A DNA stretch of 62,603 nucleotides, filler included, from Choristocarpus tenellus KU-1152 (GCA_964200185.2; 10 parts of 10 records of this genome joined end to end with filler, not necessarily neighbours in it); one strand, 5' to 3'. Shown: positions 40,116-53,162, counted from the whole stretch's first letter. Notes: generated by a model from the letters alone, not told the origin. Numbers and translations are program-made.

Positions 40116-40291
40116 GACCTGAGTGGGGGGGGGGGGTCCACACTAGGGTGTTCATTTGGACCCTGATCAGGAAAAGTGCACTTACATTTTCCATCCAATG
40201 CACGCAACCAAATCACCCCAAAAAAATCACAACATGGAAAAATGGGCCCCAAATGGACAGCCGCCACCCCCGCCCTCAGATACTTTGAGCC
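40116..40291. mobile_element. MITE family B, near full length (about 175 bp)
   Basis: Matches 56422-56578 and the reverse complement of 56106-56285 (ggaaaagtgcacttacatt...ccccaaatggacagccgcc...CAGATACTTTGAGCC). Confidence 0.88.
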
Positions 40292-40425
40292 TTCCTCCTG
40301 GCTCAAAGATAAGCCTCCAACATTTTGGCCCCATATTATTCCCCAGCCAAACACTTCATACAATCTTTGTAATGCTGTTGGGCCAAAACAAACTCTGTTC
40401 CCTATTCTATATGCACTGGGTGTGA

Positions 40426-40662
40426 GAGTCAAAGTATCTTAGAGGGTAGAGTCGCGTCCATTTGGTGACCAAAATCCAATGTATGGTATTTGTTAGGAAG
40501 TACCAATATCCTTGTTCCGGATACACTATTTCATAACATACACATTTTACCCCCTCTGAGCCATTTCGGAGTAGTAAAATAATATCATAAAGAAACCGTG
40601 GGAACCCAAGCCCCAAATGGACAAACACGGTAAAACCCTAACCCTCTAAGATACTTTCACTC
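40426..40662 (+). mobile_element. MITE family A, both TIRs, small internal deletion (237 bp)
   Basis: GAGTCAAAGTATCTTAGAGGGTA ... ACCCTCTAAGATACTTTCACTC. Confidence 0.92.
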
Positions 40663-40904
40663 GCTACTCAAATGCCTAACCCAGGGCAGATAAACCTTGT
40701 TTGGCTTTCACTTGTTCAGGTGATTGGGATATTTCACCTCTCAAATCTTGGCAGAATTTGCAAGTGTGCCAAAGTTGTTGTGGAAAGAAACACGATGTCT
40801 GTGGCATTCTTTGAGTCCACATTGTTGGTATGTAGTACTGAGTAGTTTGTAAAGGTGGATTAATCTTTCCGAAGGATTGGACAAAGCCATGCAACCAAGC
40901 ACAC

Positions 40905-42923
40905 CTGCATAGTTCTACCTCCAGGCACACCTAGTGTCATTGCCCGCTGCTTGGCATCTTGGAGAGTACGCTGCACTCGCCTTAGCTGACCTTCTGCCGC
41001 TGTCACCCTTGGCTGAACTGCATTGGAGGTTCCTTCACCTAGAGGACTGCTCCACCTTAGACTGAAAAGGTCAAGGACGTATACATTCTCATCTGTTTGG
41101 ATCAACTTCTTTATGGTAGGGCGACAGCCCCCCCACACAATGACCTTCTGCCCAATGAGGTTTGCTGAGAAATGCATCCGTGCACAGGGAAACCGCCCAG
41201 TGACAGGCGGGAAAGTTGGTACTTCCCATATCATGTTTTCTGTGTCTAACCATGTCAGGTCCAAATGCTCTAAGGGGTGTGAGGCTTGGAGGTGTGCCCA
41301 GTGTGCTGATACAGCATTTGAATGTAGTAGTCGCTTCAAATCCGCTTCAAGGAGAGCAGTGCCTATCTCTCTGGATGCCACATTGGTTGCCAGCTGTGCC
41401 TGCTGTCGAAGCAGTCTTTTCCATGCCTGACAGGCTACTCTGCTGCTAAATGGAGTATTTCCATAAGGAGTAGATGGATCTTTTGGGACGGATTTGCTTA
41501 TTTCCATGTAGCTTGCGAGTCCTCCAATGGAGACCTCAGCTTCCTCAAGATCATAGGCACGGGTGACTCTATCTGCAGCAATACGAATTTGCATTTGAGT
41601 GTCTTCCCGTTCTTGGGCCAACCCTTCCTCTTCTGAGTATCTGACACAGCACCCTCCTAGGACCAATGCTCGTCCATCAGGACAGTTTATTAGCTTGTGT
41701 CCATGTCGTGCTAAAGGTGGAGTCCCGACCACAATCTGTTCAGTCCATCTCCTTGTCGAAATGTCCCATGCCCAGAGATCATTAAGGTTTCGACCACTCC
41801 GGATGTCTGCTCCACCAAAGAGCAAGATTCGCTCACGGACCTTTATTGCCGAGCTCCAGAAACGCGGTTCAGGGCCTGGCCAGCCATCCCCTTTATAGTT
41901 TGTTTGCTCCCATCGCATGGATCTTGTATGGAGTAGAAATGTGTCGCCGACTTGGCCACCTTTGCGAACTCTGCCTCCAAACATCCACATCACCTCTCCC
42001 TCGAGTGGGAGTGCGACGTGACCATACCTCCCCGCAGGTAGTTTTCCGGCCATTTTCGGTCGGTGCCACGTGGAATGTCCTCCCCGAAACACAAATACTT
42101 CATCGCAGTACACCATGTTCTGTCTACCTCGGTTGCTTGAGTCGCTTGTCTCAGGTGGTGTGGTTTCCACATGCATCGAATCAAGCACTGTCAAATATGG
42201 TTCAAAAGTACCTTGCCCTTTCATGGTTACTCCACCGAACACGATCAACATACGTGTATCCTCTCTCCAGCTTCCAGGCCCTTCTAAGAGTACCATGCTA
42301 TGCCCACTCCTTGACGAAGGGCTAGAAAGATCAAGCTTCTTGAGAGAAATTTCGTCAGCCTTTTCAGGTACCAGAGTCTCCCAACGCAATGCCTGCAGGG
42401 GTGGTGTGGGATTGACCTCTCCAAGGCTGCCAACAGCCACAGGGGTCTGATTTAATACGTCTGACACGTCGTCCATGGAAATTTCGATATTGTCTCGTGG
42501 CAATGGTTCGAGAATAGGATCCTCCGCCCTGGAATCCAGCCACTCCTTCGTGTGCCTACACGTACCGTGGGGAAGGGTACAAACAACACAGCGGTGAAAG
42601 GGATTCAGAGGTACTGGAGGCAAGGATCCGTGGCCATCCTTCCACACTCTTAAGCACTCATCCACCTGCAATAGAAAGGAAAATGGGAACAAAAACAACA
42701 GGCGGGGAGAGAAGATATAATAGCTCATCGAAAGGCATGAATCGCAAGATGCGGTCACGAACTTCTGTAGAATCTCAACCCAACCGCACACCGTCTCCAG
42801 AATGTCGTCCCGAACAAATGTGTGCATATCAAGGAGACTCTCTTCCTCCTCGTTTGTATCCTCTCTCCCCCCTTTCCGACTGGACTCCATCTTCCTTTCG
42901 ATCTCCATTGCACCCATGTTCAT
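40905..42923 (-). CDS. Kelch-repeat (beta-propeller) protein, probably 3'-partial. Exons about 42792-42923 and 40905-42665
   Basis: Kelch blades PSSRSGHSM..LIVFGG, PAGRYGH..MWMFGG, PEPRFWSS..ILLFGG..NDLWAWD..RRW, PLARHGH..LVLGG and PCARMHFSA..VIVWGG. A pyrimidine-rich 126-nt intron (42666-42791) is read through in the ORF track. The long exon ends at CAG|GTGTGC. Confidence 0.88.
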
Positions 42924-43185
42924 CTTTCGTGGGTGAGAAGAGATAATAGAGATGCAAAATGACCGTTTTGGTAATGCAGACGCCTCCTAGTTGTTTATCT
43001 CGAACATTCATTGTCAGGAGTTGGGACGAATTTTCACCGACCAATCGAGATTGTTCTGAAACAAGACGTGTACCAAGAGATTGACTGGTCAAACATATAA
43101 GGATACTAGAAGGTGCTACCAAGGAAGGACGGTGCCGACGAAGTTTGCATTTCATTTCTCTTTTTCCTTCACCGATTTGGGGGTG
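42924..43185. promoter_or_regulatory. Candidate bidirectional promoter between the divergent Kelch and TLC genes
   Basis: About 260 bp separate the two divergent ATGs on the same contig. The call is positional; only a CCAAT at about 43041 was noticed. Confidence 0.5.
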
Positions 43186-44109
43186 ATGTGTAAGACTTCA
43201 GTTGTTGCAAGTCCCTCCCACCAACATCGACCAGCCGTATTATCGTGGAAGACGGGATGGATTCCGACTGTTGTGGTAGTTGCAGTCACAGCGGCATGTG
43301 GCTACAAACAAGAAGATGCATGGTCAAGGATGATGTTGACTCTCGGCATGTTTGAGGGAGTTCGAATTACGGCAGTTGAGCTCTTGCCAATCTGGTGGAA
43401 GAATGTAGCTCACCGGATTGAACCGCCCACTGGGCCCGTGCGGGAGTTATTCGGTGGAAATTTGACATCCCTAATGATAGCCCTGTACCTCATTGGGCAT
43501 GTGCTTTCGTGGGACTGGCATATCAGGTCAACGGTGCCCTTCTGGTACACTCCAGGCAAGGATCACAGAGAAATAGTCCATCACCTGATCGAGACCATGG
43601 CCATGTACATCCTTCATGACACCTGGCATATGATACGGGGCTGGAAAGCTAACCAGAAGCCAGTCATGTTCTTGCACCATACGGTCTTCGCCATTGTGTG
43701 CGTGGTAGGTTTGTCATACCCGCAATTGCCTGAGTATGTGCGCGTTCATGGCATCCTCTTTTCCGCCGAGGCTTCCACACCTCTGCTCAATTTGAGGTGG
43801 CTCCTGCGGAACGTCGGACTGCTCACCAGGAAGTCTGCAGTTATGACAGTGGTATCTGTGCTGTTCGCTGTGCTATTTCTACTCACACGCGTGCTGATGT
43901 ACTCTTTGCTTATTGCGGACCTATGGAAGTGCCACACAAGCTTTGTCATGCCCCCGTTTGTGCAACGACTCTTTGTCGGGGTTGTTGCGGTGTCTTACTG
44001 CATCAACTTATACTGGTTCTCCCTCATCATTAAAGGAATGTTCGTACTGGCCAAGGGGGGGGGGGGGGGGGGGGCGATGCAGAACGAAGTTTTGAAGAAG
44101 AAGGCGTGA
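43186..44109 (+). CDS. Intronless TLC (TRAM/LAG1/CLN8) domain membrane protein, TMEM56/TLCD4-like, 307 aa
   Basis: TLC motifs YILHD, FLHH, EASTPLLNLRWLL, FLLTR and NLYWF. Several hydrophobic helices and a C-terminal KKKA (KKxx ER-retrieval type). First ATG at 43186. Confidence 0.9.
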   Translation: MCKTSVVASPSHQHRPAVLSWKTGWIPTVVVVAVTAACGYKQEDAWSRMMLTLGMFEGVRITAVELLPIWWKNVAHRIEPPTGPVRELFGGNLTSLMIALYLIGHVLSWDWHIRSTVPFWYTPGKDHREIVHHLIETMAMYILHDTWHMIRGWKANQKPVMFLHHTVFAIVCVVGLSYPQLPEYVRVHGILFSAEASTPLLNLRWLLRNVGLLTRKSAVMTVVSVLFAVLFLLTRVLMYSLLIADLWKCHTSFVMPPFVQRLFVGVVAVSYCINLYWFSLIIKGMFVLAKGGGGGGAMQNEVLKKKA

Positions 44110-45265
44110 CACTGGATCAAGGAAACCGTAGCATGGAGTGTGAGGTGGGATGATCATTGTATATTGTGGAGCAGGTTGAAGAGTTGGACACACTTCTATG
44201 TGGGATTGAATGCTGTTGGTCTTCCTGTCTATTGGCAATGTGTGACGAGGAGCTGCAATCCAGGCCCCATACTGATTATTTTAGTTTTTTCCTCTGCTTT
44301 GTTGTACATTTTACTCCCTACATGGGTGATAATGTTCGAGATATAGTTGTCCTAAATCTGATTACGCTGCCTGGGTTTATATTCCCATTACAGTCTAGAA
44401 GGACAAATTTGCTTGGACAGGTTGTTAGTTTGTGCTTGTGTGCTTTTGCTGTGTTGTGTGGACACATTGCTGGAAGCAAAAGATTTCGGATGGTGGTAAT
44501 TGTAGCATGGAGGGGGGTAGATTGTTTGCAATCATTGCCCCTAACCCTAATTCCCATCTTGCTCTACGGCAAGTGAGAAATTCACAAGTGTTGTTGTTCA
44601 GTAGGTTGAATGATTTCATTATAGCGTGTTTAACGTTGTGTTGAGCCTACATGGTCCAGTCTAAGGTTTTGGACGGTGAGAGGGTAATGGGGGGATCCCC
44701 TTTAATCTTCCCAGCAAAGAAACGAGGGGGGTGTGTGCCTTGACCTTCCTGGACCTTTGTATAGGATTTCGTTGATGATATTAATGAGGAAATATATGTT
44801 TTTTCTTTATGAGATTGAACCTGTCCACACGCTTCTTTATTCTATAGAATCACCCTCAGCAGTGTGTAATACTTGCAAGCTATGTGGCACAGTCTTTTAG
44901 TGGCAGTAATTTGTTCTTTGACGCCCCTAATTCAAACATCGATTTATGGATGGTTCATTTCCCACTCTACAGTCAACTTGAATGTGGTGGAGGCATTTCC
45001 ATCAACACAGACAACAAAACAAAAAGATCACCCAGCTTCTTTTTTTCTTTCACCTCCCGTTTTGGATCAGTGTTGAAAGATTTTTGGGTCAGTGCATACT
45101 CCGTCTGGTGGTAAGGAACCTTTGAGTGAGAAACCTGTTTTGCTTGGTGCGGACGAGAGGTGGTTCAAGCATAAATAAAATAAAATAATAGTGTGCAAGA
45201 AATTTAGTACTGCTTTCTAATGCCAACCAGAGATTATACACAAAAGATCACTCAGCGGTTTATAG

Positions 45266-45310
<45 letters not shown>

Positions 45311-48062
45311 CTCCAACTCCTACATTTCACTGCTAACTCCAAATGTAATGGCCCACATGAGCATCAGAATGATATTGCGCTGTGCCAAGAAAGGTCCCTC
45401 CCAGGACCCAGCAGAGAGCCCTGTCCTATCAACAGCGAACCTTTGCGTATGTTATTTTCGGGTTGTGTGCACTGGTACTAGTCCTCACAATCCCCCTTGG
45501 TGCTCCACTCTTTGTGCAACTACATCTGATCCCCTCAACTCTTCCTACTTTGAGGCGACCAACCCTATTTATACCACTGCAATTAGGGTTACGGAAGTCA
45601 TACAAAAGCAGATTCTCTTTACAGATTTTATAATATTATCCATTCATAGTACTAAAGCTTTCTTTTTTTCCCAAACCTGTGTTGAATCAATGGGAAAGCA
45701 TCGATAATATCATGCTATCAGGTGGTATACACCCTGTGCCATCATTTTTTTTTCGTGGTGTGTGGTGTCACCGTGGGGCTCTAGACAACGACCAAATATT
45801 CCTCTCTAATGTGTCGTTCCAGATTTTATTTCCTAATCGTCACTCTTTATTCGTTTCAAGGCATTTATTTTGACACAATTGGACTTGCACTATAATGTGT
45901 GTGTGTGTGTGTGTGTGTGTGTGATAACATTTATGAAACAGTCACGTCGGTATTTTTTTCTCAAAATGCAAAACCACATACATTCATTCTGTAATCTAGA
46001 AGGAACCATGCATAGCAAGGTAAATGCTATAAATGCCGCCCTTGTTTCTTCCAGAATAGGGTGGGTATGATTGTAGAGGTTCGATTTCTATTTCTTTTTT
46101 CGTCATTGCCACCAGCGTTTAAAAGATGGGTGAGGGTCACATACCAATCCAGAAAAAAATCCCCCGTTCTGGTGAACTGAAGAACCATGAGTGAGTGGAG
46201 TGGTATGACATGAAGGTATATGCCGTCACTGACTTCTTGTGTGGCTACACATACCGTGCACTAAAACTTGACATCAACTTGAACCAGATTTTTTTGCTCT
46301 CTGTGTGGGTAAATATATGTGGGGTCACTCCCACCTTATCAGCTGATCTGTGCTCAATTTGTTCTTGACATGCACTAGTGAATATATGTAGAACCCTGTA
46401 TATGTGTGTGTATACATGTACGTGGTTTGGTTTTATCGGAAGAGGTCAAATATGCCCGTTACTGATCGATCGGACTGTTCCAGTAGAGCCGTCCTCATCA
46501 GCACAAAAAGAAATGCTGTCCTCTTTTTTTTTCCACCATTTTAGCAAAGGAATTCATAAACCGGTCATATAAGATAGTAAAAATATATAAGATGGTAAAA
46601 AAAGATTGCATTACAATATTGTTGCAGCTTTGGCGAAAACTTGGAATATTTCTCCCAGGACTAGAACGACCTAATATTCTCCAGGACCATTTCGAACAGG
46701 GAACCAGTTATTTACCAGGTACGTACATTCTTTTGCAGTCCCAGAACCCCATATGGATTGTGTGGAGGCTTTTTCCTCTCTCCCCCTTACTGCACCATTC
46801 ACTACAATGCTGAGAACTGTGCAATATAGACTGATAGTCTATATGGTTTATACGCATTTAGTGAACACCACTAGACAACAGGAATTTGGGCTAAGTGGAA
46901 CAAGTGTCATCGACTTCTGTTCGTGTGTGTGAAGTAATGAGTTCGAATCTCAGATGTTCGGTCTCTTATTACTNNNNNNNNNNNNNNNNNNNNNNNNNNN
47001 NNNNNNNNNNNNNNNNNTTAATTAATTAANNNNNNNNNNNNNNNNNNNNNNNNNNNNNNNNNNNNNNNNNNNNCCCCCCCTGATACTTTGGTTCTGCTAC
47101 TGGTGCCTAGGGAGGTGCTCTGCTCTTTGTATCTGTGGATTTTGATTCAATCGAGTGCACTGAAACTTTTTTGGAGTTGGTTTGATGTCAAATATTGAGA
47201 TGCCACAGTACCACTGTGAAAGTGACTCAAACAACTTGTGGAGTGATGACCCTAACCCTATCAAGTCAGGTAGCACCCTGGCCTGTGATTTGGTCAAATC
47301 TTGAGATACCACTCACGAATAGATGCCGCTGGAATCACTTGGTCAGGGTTTATTGTATAGTTGTGTTTTATTTTATTTTTTGTACCCAAACCTTCTTTTG
47401 ATTGTCAACTGTTGAAAATGCTTGTGTTATGCAGCACATCCTGGTTATGTTGCAAGTGTTTGTTTAATATTCACTGAAGAATGGTAATAATATTATTATT
47501 ATTAATAATAATAATATTTCGTATTTGTTCAGGGTTAGGGTTTGCCTGCAGGGTCAAAATATAAAGAGGAGGATATGGCAGAATAGAAACAACACTTTTT
47601 GTTTTTTTGTGATGATATGATATGCTATGTTATTATATGATGGCATTGTTTGCACATGTAGCAAGCAATGAGCAAACATTTTTCTTGGGGGCAGGAGGAA
47701 CAAGAATGCATAAATATACTTTCTTAATACATAAATATACTTTTCTTCATACATAAACATCTTTTTGTTGTATTCAACCACTGGAATGACCACCTGCAAT
47801 ATTTCATTGAGCCAGTAGGAGGCATCTATTCACGCTGCATTACTTTCTACCAAGCTTCAGCTTTGTCATTTCACATTTCGATACAATTCATGATGGTTTT
47901 TGTGGAGGTGCTGGTCAGACCAGAAACGTGGTGAAACTCTAAGACATGATCAACCATTTTTTTTCTTATCATTATGCTGATTTTTTTTTTAAATGAAAAA
48001 TCGTAAGATTTTCAAGACCATGTGATAATATAGTACACACTTATCTATTGACATTGTATTTC

Positions 48063-48098
<36 letters not shown>

Positions 48099-48160
48099 AT
48101 GTATACTGTGTCTATGGACGACTATCTGTTCCCACCTCCCTCTGTTGTTGATGCCCTCAG

Positions 48161-51100
48161 GTCTTGCAATGGTATGGCTCTACCATGCAGTCCCTCTAAT
48201 TCATCTTTGTGCGTGTCCGAGAGTCAGGTAGATCAGCTGTTTCATGCAGGAGATTGGGCTGTTCAACACAAATTTACATACCAGGTACAGGCGTTACATA
48301 CATGTCTGAATCATATGTCCGGGTGTGTACACTTCTATCATGAGATGGAATCATATACGTATATATATATATATATATTAAAAAAAAACAGTTACCATAC
48401 CTTTTTGGTGTAGTATGGTAGGAACACAAGGGCAGCTAACCGTCAGAGGGGATACGAGTATATCATAGTATGTCATAGTTTGTCATTGGTGGTACAACCA
48501 ACTGCATGGCAGAGTGGCATTTCAAGAGAGCTGTGATGGATGATTTATGTCATGCTATTGCACCAGCGAAGGCAGCCCAACCAGATCAGGGAACGTGTGT
48601 TTTATATACACTATTTTATATATTTGGCGAATACGTAGTATTATATACAGCAGAGTATTACATACAAAATACAGTATTTCATTATTTAAAAAATATATAT
48701 TGAATATACTGCATGCGATAGCCTGCCTGAGTGAAGTAAAATACAAACTATTCAGTTGACAATGTGGCATGTTGTGGTGTGGATCTGATGGATGATGTTT
48801 ACTTTTGATGGATGATGCTTACTTTTGATGGATGGTGCTTACTTTTGATGGATGATGTTTACTTTTGATGGATGATGCTTACTTTTGATGGATGATGTTT
48901 ACTTTTGATGGATGATGTTTACTTTTGATAGATGATGCTTACTTTTGATGGATGATGCTTACTTTTGATGGATGATGCTTACTTTTGATGGATGATGTTT
49001 ACTTTTGATGGATGATGTTTACTTTTGATAGATGATGCTTACTTTTGATGGATGATGCTTACTTTTGATGGATGATGTTTACTTTTGATGGATGATGCTT
49101 ACTTTTGATGGATGATGGACAGCGGGAAGAGGTGGCAAAACTGTTTGCAGGGCCACTGCTGCGTCAAATGCTGAACAACCTCGGGTATGTCTGACTCAAC
49201 GATGGGATGTCATTCCTGCATTGTATTTTGAAGGGCTGTAATGTTCTGCAGCAAACCAAAAACATAGACAAAATACTTTTCAAATCAAGGACTCCATGGT
49301 AACTTGTATTGAATCTTTATTTTATTTGTACCGATTTTGATATTTTTCTCAACAATTGTTCTTTTTTATATTACTAGCATTGGCATTATTTTTTATTTTT
49401 TATTTTATTAGACGAGAGTTGTAGACAGAACAACTTTTTGTTGCACCAGTAGAAATATTTGTATGTTGGAGGATCAGTGTTTGCGTTAGTGTTGGGGTAT
49501 ATTACTGGTGTATACTGTGACCAGGGCAACATTAAGGTGTCAAATGGAATGCACGCTGCTCTTTTTTTTTGCAAATGCTTTGTGGTGGAAACAAGAAACG
49601 CTTGGTTGAGGTGGAAGATTGTTACACTTGGTGTGTTGGTGTTCCTTTTGAGGCACTACTTGTTGAACAAGTTACAATCCTTTTTGTCCACTATTGAGAG
49701 TGTTTTGAAATGGATCATTGATGCCAATGGGATCTTGGTCACGTTGTGTACAATATATGATTGGATTATGGCTATTTGCATTTGCTGGATTGAAGACCTT
49801 CTATTATTGTGATATAGTATTTGATATCATGTAGTACTTTCAGTGGACAGCCTCTTAATGTTTGTTGAAACCCAGTTCATCCCTCTGTTTATAGTGAATA
49901 CAATAGCACTGTTCAGTCACCCCATTCCTTATCGCACACTGCAATTCACCACCTTGTACAGGCGATTTGATGTATCAGGAGAGATTGGCACTGAAAACGA
50001 GCTCCACCAGGAGGAAGAGCAAGACGCACTGGATGAAAATAGCCACAACAGTGGAGGGGATGGAGGAGGGGTTGAAGGAGGAGGATCAGAGGGGAAAAGG
50101 GGTGGGGAAGGATTCGACAATTTGGACAGGCCTGTTTTGGGCTGGATGCAGGTGCATTTTTTATTCTTGTTTATTTATATAGTTGAAATTGTAAGGAGTA
50201 TTTCTCTTGTATTCTGAGAAACAGAATCGATTTGTTGCCTCCAGGAACTGTTTTTTCTGTATTTTCTGATTTATTTTTTTATTTTCCAGAAATTTGTTCT
50301 ACCGTTTCTGATGACTATTTTCACTTTTAGCATTTTGAAAACATTTAAAATTCTGGTCCATTGTGTACCTATATATTTTTTTAATTGATTTTCTTTTGCT
50401 ATTTTGAATGATGTTACGTTTTTTTTTAAGGTTGTGTGTTTCTTCTGTACTGTATAATATATTTTTGTGAGATCAAGGCTTCTTCCGATCACTATGCCGC
50501 ATCTGGCTATCTTAAATGTAAACACAACACAATCTCATGTGGACTTACTCAGTTCATGGCTGGGGATTTCCTAAGTGAAATGACTTTTCCAAGCACAATG
50601 AATGTTTTAAATGAGGGTAACCTCTGAATCCTATTAACAGCCAGTCTGTATTGGCATCAAGCTTGAGATGTTCTTGCAATGAACTTGAAAATAAAAAAGT
50701 AGTGTGGTAGGTTTCACAGCCAGAAACAAGTTAACGATAGGGTCAGGGTATGTGCCTGTATGGGGTGACTGTGAAGAAAAAAATCCGATGATGGTATGAT
50801 GGATAACGATTATACCACTGGTGGTACATATGTACCTCAGCGGTTAAATATTTACTGTCATACCAACCCGCTAACCCCCAAATATGACGTCAGTGGCATT
50901 TGTTGTCAAGAGCGATGTGATATTTACTTCACACTGGTATGCCTTATGTGGTCTGTTATGAAGCTTGTACTGTCATTCTGTCCTGACAAGAGATGGCAGG
51001 CGCTTAGCTTTTGAGACCCTTGGTGGTCTGCCCATGAGATTTTGTCTACAATGCCCTATGTATTGCCTATATCAGATCATCAATATTGGAGAACTGACCA

Positions 51101-52124
51101 AACCGATTTTGTGTGAACAAATACTGTTCATGTGTATTTGAAGAAAAGTACTGATTTTGTGGTGTGTACTATTGTGTGAGAACGTCTTCAGTTATTGCCA
51201 CCTATGTGTTATGTTTCCTCTTATCATTCAAGCGAGTATGCTTGCGCATGGGTGAACAGCCAAGTGAATCTGCCTTCCACAGTTATCAGTGTTTGCATGT
51301 ACAGGTTTTCACAAGTAGACATAGAGTGGGTATGACCCTTGACTTACCCTACATTTGCCTGGAGACAGGCATTCTGGGCATGTTAAAGTTTTGTAACCGA
51401 CTAACCTGCCGTTGTTGCTGCCCGCCCTCTGCTCTGTAGTTGGCAGATCTTGGGGGTTATTGGATTTAGTCTGCAGTCCTTGCTAAAAGTGCCTCCGAAA
51501 CAGTCCGTTTCTATCTGTTTTGTTCCTTGTATCTCTATTGATTCTGTATTGCAGCACCACTTTTTTTTTTGCGGTTGCTTTATTTTTTTTCCCAATATAT
51601 ATATATATATATTTATTTTTTTACCCCTCACTGCCTATTTCGCAGATGTTTGATTTCAAGTGTGTTTATTTTTATGTATTTCAGTATTACGTCGTGTTAT
51701 ATTTTTTTATGGGAAGAGGCAACTTTGATGTCTATTTTGGTGTGATATCCTGAAATTTTATTATTATGGTGTCTTCTTTTGTGTTTTGAGCATACAGTAG
51801 AAGGGCTACTAAGGCAGCTTCATCTAGTTCAATCATGGTACCAATCTACAACTGAGAAAACTACAAAATGGTCAAATGTATGGAAGAACTCTGGTGCTTA
51901 TGCTACAGGAATTATGCTTTATTATTTTACACGAGAAACCCCCCTGTCCCCCCTCTCATCTCTCTTACCCTATCCCACCCCCCTCTAAGGTCTACTTGGG
52001 TGAGGTGGACACTGTTGGGGGGATCTTGGCTGCACTGGATATTGCTGGATGGGCATGGCCTCCGTATGCCAGCAACATTGTGATTGAGCTGTGGAGGAGG
52101 ACTGAACACGACTCATTGGTGGTG
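48161..52124 (+). CDS. Histidine acid phosphatase (branch 2)-like protein, partial. Exons 48161-48284, 49123-49184, 49962-50151, 51990-52124
   Basis: Phase-consistent GT-AG exons. Motifs SCNGMALPC...LC, AKLFAGPLLRQMLNNL and ILAALDI...WPPYASNIVIELW are typical of the C-terminal half of this family. The RHGxR exon is not in the contig. Confidence 0.78.
48787..49117. repeat. 20-bp minisatellite (GATGGATGATGYTTACTTTT), about 16.5 copies, ending at a splice acceptor
   Basis: Near-identical tandem units. The last partial unit runs into gacAG|CGG (exon at 49123). Confidence 0.96.
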
Positions 52125-53162
52125 GTGAGCGTAGGTGTACACTAAAAATACTCACTAACTTGACCTTCAATGTAACCTGTGAAATATACTATGTTGTACA
52201 GGAGGGGAGGGGGGCAAAATCCAAAGGTTTGCAACACTTGATCAATCAAAATACTTTGGCTCTAGAGCTAACCCTGAGCACTTTGTTCTTGCTTCGGAAA
52301 CTGCAAGAGAACACTGGGCTCAATTTCATAATCGAGGAAAAGGTTTCAGTGAGAGATCTTTCTTTTGACTGAGAAAGACTATAATCAATATAATACAACA
52401 ATAAAAAAGAAAGAAAATCACTTGGTGTTACTTCATGTAATTTGAATACAATTCTACCCTTGGTTAGAATTATGTTGAGGATAACATGATTTTGCAGGGT
52501 AAATCAGTGCTTACATCTTTTTTTGTGAATTGGATTGTTGCATTGGAACAACCTCCATCAATCCTATCGAACAATATATATTTATGTGTATGCATTCATT
52601 CGTACATGTTATCCAAGTCAGAGGTAGGGAGTAAGATGAGATCCCATCCACCCCACGTCTTGCGGAGTTTAAATGAATCGTTATCGTGTTAATAGTGTCA
52701 TTTTGAAGATCATTATAATTAATAGTAGCTATTTTTATCGCACGTAAGACATACATACCCCCCCCCCCCCTCCCCCCCCCAACACGCAACGCTCCTACCT
52801 CTTTTTTNNNNNNNNNNNNNNNNNNNNNNNNNNNNNNNNNNNNNNNNNNNNTTAATTAATTAANNNNNNNNNNNNNNNNNNNNNNNNNNNNNNNNNNNNN
52901 NNNNNNNGTGGAAAGAGCACCGGGGGCGTTGTTGAGGAGGAATTAGGGGAGACAAGGGGGGTGAGGGGGGGAGTGATGCGTGGGGTAGTGGCGTAGGTGA
53001 TGTCCAAGTTGATTGCTGTAGAGGGGACATAGTGAAGCTCTGATGGAAAGTGCCACGTTGGGTGTCCCATCAGGGGCTGAATCATGCAGGTTGATGTCGG
53101 TCGACGGATGTTGCACGGATGACTGGATGATTGGGTCCGTGGTAAAGTCCAAATTGAATTAA

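Noticed and set aside
41023-42450. Plus-strand ORFs overlapping the Kelch exon, and antisense ORFs over the TypA, COPZ and AAA exons
   Set aside because: They are shadow ORFs of real coding exons on the opposite strand.
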